From a virus (lineage: Duplodnaviria > Caudoviricetes): 64,000 bases of DNA. The translations under genes were made by a program, and so were the position numbers. The stretch lies in the IMG/VR virus record IMGVR_UViG_3300033121_001713, positions 35,475 to 99,474 of that record. One strand, given 5' to 3'. Of the stretch, positions 18,938 to 27,002 are shown one piece after another. A model generated the notes under the pieces. The model was not told the DNA's origin. It was given only the letters and a program-made list of their open reading frames with translations, and made no database searches. Every line of letters starts with the position of its first letter. Within the stretch, counting starts at the first letter, position 1.

Positions 18938-20397
18938 GGAACATCCCAAAATACGACGAGTTCGTGAGCGAGACCAAGCTCAGGGTGGAGAGGATCAAGG
19001 TGGTCTTCAAGGGCAATCTGCCGCCTCGACTCGTGGCGCACGCCGAGAGATGGGACCTTGAGTATGGCGACAACTGGATCCTCTTCACCGGAAAGCCAGG
19101 CGAGCTCAGAAACACCGAGCCAAACGTCCTAGACGGCATCCCGAAGCAAGATTACCGGATGATCGAGCTAGACGACGATGACAACGAGGTGAACGAGAGC
19201 TACGGCGGCAAGCTGAATGATGTTTCCGACGACATCATTACCGCCGCGATCTCGATCGGCCTCAAGCCGCACCTCTTCGTCCACACCATCCATGGCGATG
19301 GCGTGCATGTCGAGTTCGGGGCCAACGTCAAGCTCGAGACGATCGAGCGGCTCTCGAAGGAGCTCGGCAAGATGGGCCGGGACGTCAAGGCAACGCGGAG
19401 CGGCGAGAGGAGCGAGCTCGTGGTGAACGAGAGCTCAATCAACGAAAGCTTGACATCGTTTCCGAGCAAGATCAAGATCCTTAGGGATGTTCAGCTTTGG
19501 AAATCGGCCAATGTCCAGCCGAGGATAGTATACGCTTCAACAAAACCTGGAAAGGAATATCGATCCGATGGGATAGTATGGAGGGCTGGTTCAGTCCCAT
19601 TCGCTCAGTCGACCGCGGATCAATCCGGAGGCGTGAGCTATAAGGTTTCCAGGTTTCAAAAGCATCAGGGCTATGTGAAGTTGCAAGATCTGGATGCCCT
19701 AATTTCGAGCGGTGATATTCTACCTTACAGCGGTGATCAGGAACTTGATGATTACATCAGAGACAAGGGCCTCGAAAGCGCTTCGAGGAAATTCGCCCAC
19801 ACCAAAGGCGATAGAGTGTACATTCGTTGGAGGGCCGAACAACTCGGTAAATCTGGATCGATCCAAGAATCAATCGAATCCGGGATGTCGGATGACCAGA
19901 TCATCCGATGGATCAACGACCTCGACATGCCAGAGTCGAAGACGAACGAGGTGATCGGCCATGCGCTAGAATATCATCCAAGGCCAAAGGATACTAAAGA
20001 GCTCAAGGAAATCGTCGATGACGTCTTAAAGAGAATGGGCGTCAAACAGTTTGAGTCCCTCCGAAATCTGCCTAGCTATGAGCTCCTTGAGGCTAATGGC
20101 CCGCATTGGATCAGGACATCCTTCGGCATCGAGATCGATGGAAATAAGTTCGAACTTCGTGGAGACCAGAATATGGGATACACTGATCTCGGTAAGAACA
20201 AATTCGACAAGAAATACAGCTATACCGGACCAAAAACCAATCTAAGAGATCTTCTTGCAAAGGCTGAGCAGATCTGCGATCAGTGGAACGAGGCCGGAGA
20301 TGGCCAATGGTTTGTCGATGCTGGAAGGTTTGGCGATCTATCGATCTACTATCGAAAGAAGATTGGGCCTGTTTGGCCAGAAGAGATCAGGGAATGA
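18934..20397 (+). CDS. Putative internal head protein / polyprotein with capsid-targeting leader
   Basis: MRNIPKYDEFVSE leader; internal VNES/INES/IQES/FES motifs and a second leader-like LRNLPSYELLEA. Confidence 0.7.
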   Translation: MRNIPKYDEFVSETKLRVERIKVVFKGNLPPRLVAHAERWDLEYGDNWILFTGKPGELRNTEPNVLDGIPKQDYRMIELDDDDNEVNESYGGKLNDVSDDIITAAISIGLKPHLFVHTIHGDGVHVEFGANVKLETIERLSKELGKMGRDVKATRSGERSELVVNESSINESLTSFPSKIKILRDVQLWKSANVQPRIVYASTKPGKEYRSDGIVWRAGSVPFAQSTADQSGGVSYKVSRFQKHQGYVKLQDLDALISSGDILPYSGDQELDDYIRDKGLESASRKFAHTKGDRVYIRWRAEQLGKSGSIQESIESGMSDDQIIRWINDLDMPESKTNEVIGHALEYHPRPKDTKELKEIVDDVLKRMGVKQFESLRNLPSYELLEANGPHWIRTSFGIEIDGNKFELRGDQNMGYTDLGKNKFDKKYSYTGPKTNLRDLLAKAEQICDQWNEAGDGQWFVDAGRFGDLSIYYRKKIGPVWPEEIRE

Positions 20398-20410
20398 TGC
20401 CGGTCCGACT

Positions 20411-20419
20411 AATAGATAC
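20411..20419 (+). promoter_or_regulatory. Putative late promoter AATAGATAC
   Basis: Intergenic, upstream of the tail tube gene. Confidence 0.7.
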
Positions 20420-20472
20420 AGCTAGACCAGCCAGCCAAGTTTGCTGATTGGACAAACAAAACAGAAACGCCA

Positions 20473-21027
20473 GTGCCAGGGCTACCACACTTCCTCAACA
20501 ATCGTGCGGCTACGAAGCACTTCGAACCGGTTTATCAGAACCACTTCGAGGTGACCATTATCCCGCCTTCCCAGGTAGCTGGCGGCGAGATCCTTCTGGA
20601 GCACGTTAACAAGATCGGCGGACTAGAATCCGACAAGGGTTCCGCTGCGATCGATCAGAAATACAAGTTCGCCAAGCGTTCGTACGCCAGCGGTGAGCCC
20701 ACCGACACTGTCGTGGACCTCACGATCGATTTCTCGTTGAACCTGAACAACAACAACGAGATGTACGTCTACAAGACGCTGCGTGACTGGTCGAGATTGA
20801 TCTACAATCCTCTTACCGGCGCACAGGGCCTCAAGAAGGACTACGTCGGAACCATCATCGTCCAGAACTACACCAGGGATGGCAACATCTTCTGGCAGAG
20901 GACATTCCACGACGCTTTCATCACCGGTAACATCCCAGCTCTTGAACTCAGCTATGAGGGCGGCGAGAAGCTCGACCTGACGGGCGTAACGTTCCGATGC
21001 GATTGGTGGGAGGAGGCAATGATCTGA
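20473..21027 (+). CDS. gp19: Tail tube protein
   Basis: EPVYQNHFEV, LRDWSRLIYNPLTGAQGLKKDYVG, FRCDWWEE. Confidence 0.9.
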   Translation: MPGLPHFLNNRAATKHFEPVYQNHFEVTIIPPSQVAGGEILLEHVNKIGGLESDKGSAAIDQKYKFAKRSYASGEPTDTVVDLTIDFSLNLNNNNEMYVYKTLRDWSRLIYNPLTGAQGLKKDYVGTIIVQNYTRDGNIFWQRTFHDAFITGNIPALELSYEGGEKLDLTGVTFRCDWWEEAMI

Positions 21028-21071
21028 AGGTCAATTAGTTATGAGCCTTCAGTTAAACTAACTTAGATGAT

Positions 21072-21103
21072 CAGCCTCCAGCAATGGAGGCTGGTTACTT
21101 TTG
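21072..21103 (+). terminator. GCAA-tetraloop terminator overlapping a Bacteroidota-type -7 promoter element (TACTTTTG 21096-21103)
   Basis: cagcctcca-gcaa-tggaggctg followed by gttacttttg; ATG at 21108. Confidence 0.7.
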
Positions 21104-21107
21104 CACC

Positions 21108-21767
21108 ATGTCCAATTTCGTAAAGTTGGGTCACCCTGGCGATGAGCCAATCTTCTGTGTGTACTTTCATCTGAAAGAGGGTGTGGCCGAAGTCTTCTAC
21201 GTCGGGATCGGAAGTGAAAAGCGAGCCTTTTCCAGGGCCAATCGATCCAAGTTCTGGCATCACGTCGTCGAGAAACACGGATATGATGTTCTCATTGAAG
21301 ATGATGGTTTGACTTGGGCCCAAGCATGTGAGCTTGAGAAGAAGTACATTGCTTGGTTCGGACGTCGGATCGATAACAGCGGCACATTGGTGAACCTGAC
21401 ACCCGGTGGAGATGGAGTGGTGGGAATGGTACGTTCCGCCGAGTACCGCGCCAAGATCTCGGCCCATCGGACCGGGACACACTGCTCGTCAGAGACGAAG
21501 GCCAAGCTGTCAGCCGCCAACAAGGGCAATCAGAAGCTCATCAAATCACTGACAGGCCGCAAGATCTCCGATTCTCACAAGGAGAACATCTCGAAGGCCA
21601 ATGTCGGCAAGACCCTGACATCAGAACACCGAGCCAAGCAATCCACCGCCTTAATGGGCCGAAAGTTCAATGATGGCCGAGGCAAGAAGATCTCCGAGAG
21701 GTTGAAAGCCTACAACGCCCAGAAGAGAGCGGAGAGGGCCATTGCCGACAGCATAGAGCCGGCATGA
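21108..21767 (+). mobile_element. Free-standing GIY-YIG-like/NUMOD3 homing endonuclease
   Basis: FCVYFH...FYVGIG..RA...NLTPGGDG; HCSSETKAKLS and SDSHKENISK repeats. Confidence 0.88.
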
Positions 21768-21985
21768 ACATGTACCTTCTCATCGGTCCCAAAGATTGGA
21801 TGCGCTGTCCTGTTTGCGGCGACAAAAGCGCGCCAGCCAAGTATCGAGGCAAGATGAGTTTTGATGAGAAGAGAGGGAAAATGGCCTGCAATCGGTGTGA
21901 CTTTTCCTTCGCTCTCGGTGACCTCAAACCGAAACCGGAGCTTACTCGGGCGGTCGAAATGATGCAGGCGATTTCCGATAGATAG
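21764..21985 (+). CDS. Small Zn-ribbon protein
   Basis: CPVC...CNRC, 73 aa. Confidence 0.7.
   Translation: MNMYLLIGPKDWMRCPVCGDKSAPAKYRGKMSFDEKRGKMACNRCDFSFALGDLKPKPELTRAVEMMQAISDR
21977..21985 (+). promoter_or_regulatory. Putative late promoter GATAGATAG
   Basis: 6 nt before ATG 21992. Confidence 0.65.
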
Positions 21986-21991
21986 CATCCG

Positions 21992-22558
21992 ATGAAGAAC
22001 ATTCCTACGTTCGAAACCTTTAACCCGGAAGCGCCTCTGTTGGAATCTGCTGGGGTTGGGACGATCACATTGGTCCCGATGAAGGGAGCCGGAATGTATG
22101 GCGATGATCATCCTGAAGGAACAATGGAAGCCGATGGCCTAAGCTTCGAACAGGCCAAGGCGATTGAGAAGCTGTTCAGCTTGAAGACCGGTAACGCGCC
22201 GGATGGATATGATGTTACCAAGATCGAAACTGACAAGGACGCTCATCATGGAGGCGCCGACATGTCGGTTGCAATAAGGTACAATCAGCCAAACCATTTC
22301 ATCGAGCTCACCAAAGAGATGGATGGATCTTGGACTCTCACATGCGGTCCAAAGGCGGTCGAGAGGATCAGAAAGGCCCTTGGGATGGACGAACAGTCTA
22401 TCTGGCCCAAGATTCAATCTGACATCATCAAGGCTGAGGATGGCCTTAAAAAGGCTATGAGTACTTTGGGATCGATCGATCCAAAACATGGCGCATTGCA
22501 ATCGATGTCAGAGGCCACCAGTGCTCTCGAGGTCGTTAGGCGCTATTTCAAGCAATGA
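21992..22558 (+). CDS. Putative internal head protein
   Basis: Leader MKNIPTFETFNPEAPLLES. Confidence 0.7.
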   Translation: MKNIPTFETFNPEAPLLESAGVGTITLVPMKGAGMYGDDHPEGTMEADGLSFEQAKAIEKLFSLKTGNAPDGYDVTKIETDKDAHHGGADMSVAIRYNQPNHFIELTKEMDGSWTLTCGPKAVERIRKALGMDEQSIWPKIQSDIIKAEDGLKKAMSTLGSIDPKHGALQSMSEATSALEVVRRYFKQ

Positions 22559-23022
22559 AGAACATTCCAACATACGACGAGTTTGTCAACGAGTCGTTCT
22601 GGCTTTCTACTACAGAGTACAAATCGTCTGACGATAACGGTACCTCCTTTCTGAATGTTTCTGGCGTGCCGGGTTATAGGCCTAGCGCCTTTCTTGAACC
22701 TATTGAAGCAGCCCTCAAGAAGACGAACGGCCTGATCACTAAGGAGATCGCTGAACTGGCGAAAAGCCTTGCGAATAAAGTGAACCGGACCAAAACATCG
22801 TTGGATAAGGACCTAGCGTTCGATCCGGCCGATTTTTGGCTTGAGAATCGAAGACAGGAAGGAAAGCCCTATGGCAAATTCAGGAAATCCGTCTCTGGGT
22901 TCGATTACGTAGATGCCGCTTACTCTTCTCCTGGAACTTTTTGGGTGGCACGATGGATGTCCCTCAATATTGGAAAAACTCTCCATCGCGACACTCCAAA
23001 CAGCAATTTCCTCTCTTACTGA
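22555..23022 (+). CDS. Putative internal head protein
   Basis: Leader MKNIPTYDEFVNES. Confidence 0.7.
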   Translation: MKNIPTYDEFVNESFWLSTTEYKSSDDNGTSFLNVSGVPGYRPSAFLEPIEAALKKTNGLITKEIAELAKSLANKVNRTKTSLDKDLAFDPADFWLENRRQEGKPYGKFRKSVSGFDYVDAAYSSPGTFWVARWMSLNIGKTLHRDTPNSNFLSY

Positions 23023-23024
23023 CC

Positions 23025-23660
23025 ATGAAGAATCTTCCATCGTACGATTCCTATCGGCTCCTTGAGAGCGCCGGTCCTCTTGCATCTAGCTTCAAGAGAG
23101 TTGGATTCAAGGAGATGACGCGAACTGATTTCGAAGGGTTTGGCGGTGTTCAGGAAGGAGGCCTCATATACGATGGAGGCGAGAACTTTATCGTTCTGTA
23201 TGGGCTAGCAACAGACGATTCGAAGCCAGTTGTTTGCGTGATGTTCGCCTTCCACAACACCGTAGCCCAGGTGATGTATGGCAACGATCCATACGACCAG
23301 GTTGAGGCTCACATCCTCAACCAAGCCGAGCAAAAAGCTTTCATCTCCAAGCTATCCTCTTTCACAAAGGAGATGGATCGTCTCTGTGCATTACCAGCCG
23401 GGACGGAGAAGACGGATGGGATCAAGGCATGGCTTCGCAGGTTTGGCTTTCAAGTGATCAGCGGGGCTTTGGTGGAATCTCAAACTGATATGCCCGACGA
23501 TTTGAGATTGTCAGCGGTGTTAGATGATCTCACGATCGTAATGAAAGCTCTTGAGTCTAAGGATTACAAAAGCTCGGGTATGAAAAGGTTTGTTGATAAG
23601 ATGCAGAACAAACTCTCTGACGTATACAACGAGATCGAGAGATTCGAAGATAGCAAGTAA
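23025..23660 (+). CDS. Putative internal head protein
   Basis: Start more likely ATG 23025 (MKNLPSYDSYRLLES); internal LVES. Confidence 0.7.
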   Translation: MKNLPSYDSYRLLESAGPLASSFKRVGFKEMTRTDFEGFGGVQEGGLIYDGGENFIVLYGLATDDSKPVVCVMFAFHNTVAQVMYGNDPYDQVEAHILNQAEQKAFISKLSSFTKEMDRLCALPAGTEKTDGIKAWLRRFGFQVISGALVESQTDMPDDLRLSAVLDDLTIVMKALESKDYKSSGMKRFVDKMQNKLSDVYNEIERFEDSK

Positions 23661-23684
23661 AGCATTCCCACATACACCGCTGAT

Positions 23685-23712
23685 GGCCCACTCTCGTGGG
23701 CCTTTGGCTTTT
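23685..23712 (+). terminator. Probable terminator after the internal-protein cluster
   Basis: ggcccac-tctc-gtgggcc-tttggctttt. Confidence 0.65.
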
Positions 23713-23732
23713 ACCCGCTTGCAAGCATATTG

Positions 23733-23764
23733 GATCCAACCACATCAACAAAGATGTTGACAGC
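23733..23764. repeat. 32-bp direct repeat, copy 1 (contains palindrome TCAACA-N4-TGTTGA)
   Basis: gatccaaccacatcaacaaagatgttgacagc; 30/32 identical to 24181-24212. Confidence 0.9.
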
Positions 23765-23768
23765 GGAA

Positions 23769-24014
23769 ATGAACAAGAACGTCAAGTACTTAGACAAGGA
23801 CGCGCGCATCGTGTTTCGTTTTCTGTTTCAGGCGATCGGGTACGCTCATGTTTTGGAGCGCCGCAAGCGATGGTGGATATTTGAGTGGTGGACTGTCCGC
23901 GCATGGATGTATGATGACATCATATCTGGCAAGACAAGGTTCGGTGAACTGGTCAGTTGGCTGCTTTGGAAAGAGTCGACAGACTATAACAGCTTTGATG
24001 GCTATCCAAAGTAG
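23769..24014 (+). CDS. Small Trp-rich hypothetical protein
   Basis: MNKNVKY...RRKRWWIFEWWTV. Confidence 0.6.
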   Translation: MNKNVKYLDKDARIVFRFLFQAIGYAHVLERRKRWWIFEWWTVRAWMYDDIISGKTRFGELVSWLLWKESTDYNSFDGYPK

Positions 24015-24180
24015 ATGCCCAAAGTGTAATAACCCGCGCGGGATGCTTGCGCCTGACCTGCTTTCAGCGTGTGGGAGGACATTGTTATGTCCCATGTGGC
24101 GGACGTGTCCTTTTACCATGACACGAATAGGTTGCTTGACCGTGCCGAAGATCACCGACATCGCTTCCAGGTCGTTACTA

Positions 24181-24212
24181 GATCCAATCCCATCAACAAA
24201 GATGTTGACAGC
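24181..24212. repeat. 32-bp direct repeat, copy 2
   Basis: gatccaatcccatcaacaaagatgttgacagc. Confidence 0.9.
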
Positions 24213-24235
24213 TGATCCGGATTCGCCGAGTTTGT

Positions 24236-24243
24236 TATTTTTG
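24236..24243 (+). promoter_or_regulatory. Bacteroidota-type -7 element TATTTTTG
   Basis: GTTATTTTTG, 8 nt before the topoisomerase ATG. Confidence 0.65.
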
Positions 24244-24251
24244 CGCACCGA

Positions 24252-26096
24252 ATGACACCCAAAGCACACGATTCAGAGAAGTTCCAGCTGCTCGACGAGA
24301 TCGAGCACTGTCTTCTGCGGCCAGGCATGTTCATTGGATCTCCGAAGCCACACCCTTCAACGGAATATCTGCTTCGAGACGGAAAGTTCCAGAGGACGGA
24401 GGTCCAGTTCGTCCCAGGCTTGATGAAGCTGTTCGACGAGATCATCACCAACTCCGTAGACGAGCACAAACGCACAAAGGGCAAGCTCAATCAGATCAGG
24501 ATCACCGTCGATCGCTCAAGTGGAGAGATCACCATCCTCGACAACGGTGGCATCCCTGTGATCGAGCACGTCAAGCACAAGGTCATGGTGCCGGAGTTGA
24601 TCTTCTCGAACCTACGAGCTGGATCCAATTTCAACGACAGCGAGAAGCGCCATGTGGCAGGTACCCACGGGTACGGCTCCACGCTCACGAACATTTTCTC
24701 CATCCGCTTCTCGGTAGACACATGTGATGGAAAGCGCCGCTTTCGCCAGGTCTTCACCAACAACATGCGCGATCGCAAAAAAGCGGTCGTGACTGACGAC
24801 TCGAGCAAAGGATACACCGAGATCTCTTTCATCCCAGACTTCAAGCGCTTCGGCATGGATGGATGGGACGACATCCACATCGAGATGATGCGCAAACGCT
24901 GCATCGATCTCGCTGCGTGTAACCTCGGCCTCCAGATCCGTTTCGACGAGGAGAAGTTCAAGTTCAACAGCTTCAAACAGTACGCCGAGCTCTACGTCGA
25001 TCAGGTCTTCTTCGAGGAGGACGATCGATGGCAGATCGCCTTCGGCCATTCGACAGACGGCCACCAAGTGGTATCGTTCGCAAACTCCGCCGAGACCAAG
25101 GAAGGCGGGCGACACGTCGATTACATCGTCTCCCAACTGGTAGACCAGATCAGGGAGATGATCCGCAAGAAGCATCGAGTTGAAGTCAAGCCCGCCGAGA
25201 TCCGCAATCACATGTTCGTCGTGATGAGCGCGGTGATCGACAATCCCTCGTTCTCGTCTCAGACGAAGGAGAAGCTTGTTACAGAGACCAAGGACTTTGG
25301 CACCACGTTCGAAGTCAGTCAGAAGCTCGCCAAGCAGGTCTTTGGTTCGGAGATCATTCAGTCGATCCTCGATTGGATCCAACAGAAGCAGGATGCGGAG
25401 GAACGAGCTCAGCTTCGAAAGCTCAACGCTGGGCTCGGAGGCGCGAGGGTCGAGCAGCTCGACGATGCTAAGGCCAAGGGTCAGAGCGAGCGACTCAAGT
25501 GTTCGCTTGGCATCTTCGAAGGGATGTCGGCGAAGAGCGCCGTCAAAAAGTTCAGAGACGCCAATTACTTTGGAGCCTTCCCTCTGCGAGGCAAGTTCAT
25601 CAACGTCTCTGAGATGAGGCCATCCGAGATCATCAAGAACAAAGAGGCCGTGGATCTCATGGCTAGCATCGGACTCAAGCTAGGCGAGGTACCAGAGAAC
25701 TTGCGTTATGGCAAGATCATCGTCTACACCGATGCTGATGTCGATGGACAGTCCATCTTCTGCCTGCTTCTCAACTTCCTGGCTAAGTTCTGGCCCGAGC
25801 TCTTCGATCAAGGTCGAGTCTATCGAGCCATGACGCCGATCGTTGTAGCTACGAAGGGCAAGGACGTGAAGTACTTCTACACTCAGGAGGACTATGATCA
25901 ATGGGCCAACAAGCGAGAAAGGGGATGGGAGATCGAGTACAAGAAAGGCTTGGCGGCCCTAGAGGACTTTGATTATCAACGGATCATACAGGATCCTGTC
26001 CTCGTGAAGATCACAAGGGACGAAGCGTACAAACAGACGCTCGATGCCTGGTTTGGTAATGATTCAGAGAAACGTAAGGAAAAGATGCTTGCCTGA
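24252..26096 (+). CDS. gp39: Type II DNA topoisomerase ATPase/TOPRIM subunit (gp39+60, GyrB-like)
   Basis: EHCLLRPGMFIGS, FDEIITNSVD, AGSNFND, EGMSA, FPLRGKFIN, TDADVDG, YKKGLA. Confidence 0.96.
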   Translation: MTPKAHDSEKFQLLDEIEHCLLRPGMFIGSPKPHPSTEYLLRDGKFQRTEVQFVPGLMKLFDEIITNSVDEHKRTKGKLNQIRITVDRSSGEITILDNGGIPVIEHVKHKVMVPELIFSNLRAGSNFNDSEKRHVAGTHGYGSTLTNIFSIRFSVDTCDGKRRFRQVFTNNMRDRKKAVVTDDSSKGYTEISFIPDFKRFGMDGWDDIHIEMMRKRCIDLAACNLGLQIRFDEEKFKFNSFKQYAELYVDQVFFEEDDRWQIAFGHSTDGHQVVSFANSAETKEGGRHVDYIVSQLVDQIREMIRKKHRVEVKPAEIRNHMFVVMSAVIDNPSFSSQTKEKLVTETKDFGTTFEVSQKLAKQVFGSEIIQSILDWIQQKQDAEERAQLRKLNAGLGGARVEQLDDAKAKGQSERLKCSLGIFEGMSAKSAVKKFRDANYFGAFPLRGKFINVSEMRPSEIIKNKEAVDLMASIGLKLGEVPENLRYGKIIVYTDADVDGQSIFCLLLNFLAKFWPELFDQGRVYRAMTPIVVATKGKDVKYFYTQEDYDQWANKRERGWEIEYKKGLAALEDFDYQRIIQDPVLVKITRDEAYKQTLDAWFGNDSEKRKEKMLA

Positions 26097-26099
26097 ACC

Positions 26100-26693
26100 A
26101 TGGTTTGTTACCGCGACATGACTTTTTGCCCATTCCATGGGGATTGTACACACGCCCCTGACTGTCATCGACCTCTTACCGAAGAAGTGATGGCAAGGGC
26201 CGCTGCGGCAAAAATGCCGATCTGCAGGTATGCCGATAAACCGAGATGCCATAGCGACAAAGATGGACAGAGTAAAGATTCTGCTCCACGCAAGCTCAAT
26301 GCTAACATGACCAAGCCCTGGTACAGATACAACAGGAATTATGGCCTGCCAGGCAGCATCGTTCTCGAAGGCACGCCAGTCGGCAAGGAAGGAAACGAGA
26401 TCACGGTGGAGATGGTCATCCTGAGCAAGTTCATCTGGGGCAGGGGAGCTAGCGCAAATTCAATCTTTAACACCGGAGCGGCTACTCTCAAGTTTCAACA
26501 CACTGACCCCAGTGTGAATGCTAGCCGAGCCAAGCTGGTGGCCAAGGTCTGGAGGCTTTGCAAGATCAATGGCTTCAGGATCCATGGCCTTCCCGTGAGG
26601 CGACCTTCCCAGTCATACACGGAGGACTTGACACAGATCATCGATGCCATCTCGGCTTTCAATTCAACAGCGAATGGAAACCAGCCTGTATGA
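26100..26693 (+). CDS. Hypothetical protein with Cys-rich N-terminus
   Basis: MVCYRDMTFC...C...C...; may be a fusion of two small domains. Confidence 0.6.
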   Translation: MVCYRDMTFCPFHGDCTHAPDCHRPLTEEVMARAAAAKMPICRYADKPRCHSDKDGQSKDSAPRKLNANMTKPWYRYNRNYGLPGSIVLEGTPVGKEGNEITVEMVILSKFIWGRGASANSIFNTGAATLKFQHTDPSVNASRAKLVAKVWRLCKINGFRIHGLPVRRPSQSYTEDLTQIIDAISAFNSTANGNQPV

Positions 26694-26970
26694 TCTGATC
26701 GCCGAGGAGATATCTTCAATCATAGGAAGATTCTCGTTCAATGTGGAAGATCGAAAGCCAATTCCGGCAGACATCTGTGCACAGATCGTCTCATCGCTTC
26801 AGGAGATGGATGAATTCGGGCCATGGTATCACCAGATGCCAAAGCCATGCAGGTCGGCCATCTTCTATTACATCCTCGATGGCGCTCTTCCTCGAACCAC
26901 CCTTGCGAAGTGTAAGGTTGCATTCGATAGGGCCAAAGAACGGCACTCCGGTTTCACCGAGTCCGACTAA
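26674..26970 (+). CDS. Hypothetical protein
   Basis: METSLYDLIAEE...; fills the gap. Confidence 0.55.
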   Translation: METSLYDLIAEEISSIIGRFSFNVEDRKPIPADICAQIVSSLQEMDEFGPWYHQMPKPCRSAIFYYILDGALPRTTLAKCKVAFDRAKERHSGFTESD

Positions 26971-26975
26971 AGTGT

Positions 26976-26983
26976 TATGTTTG
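26976..26983 (+). promoter_or_regulatory. Bacteroidota-type -7 element TATGTTTG
   Basis: GTTATGTTTG, intergenic, upstream of gp52. Confidence 0.65.
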
Positions 26984-27002
26984 ACCACACAATCCACATA
27001 GA

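Noticed and set aside
24205-24210. TTGACA as an E. coli-type -35 box
   Set aside because: It is part of the repeated palindrome and has no TATAAT-like box at a suitable spacing; TAnnTTTG explains the promoter better.
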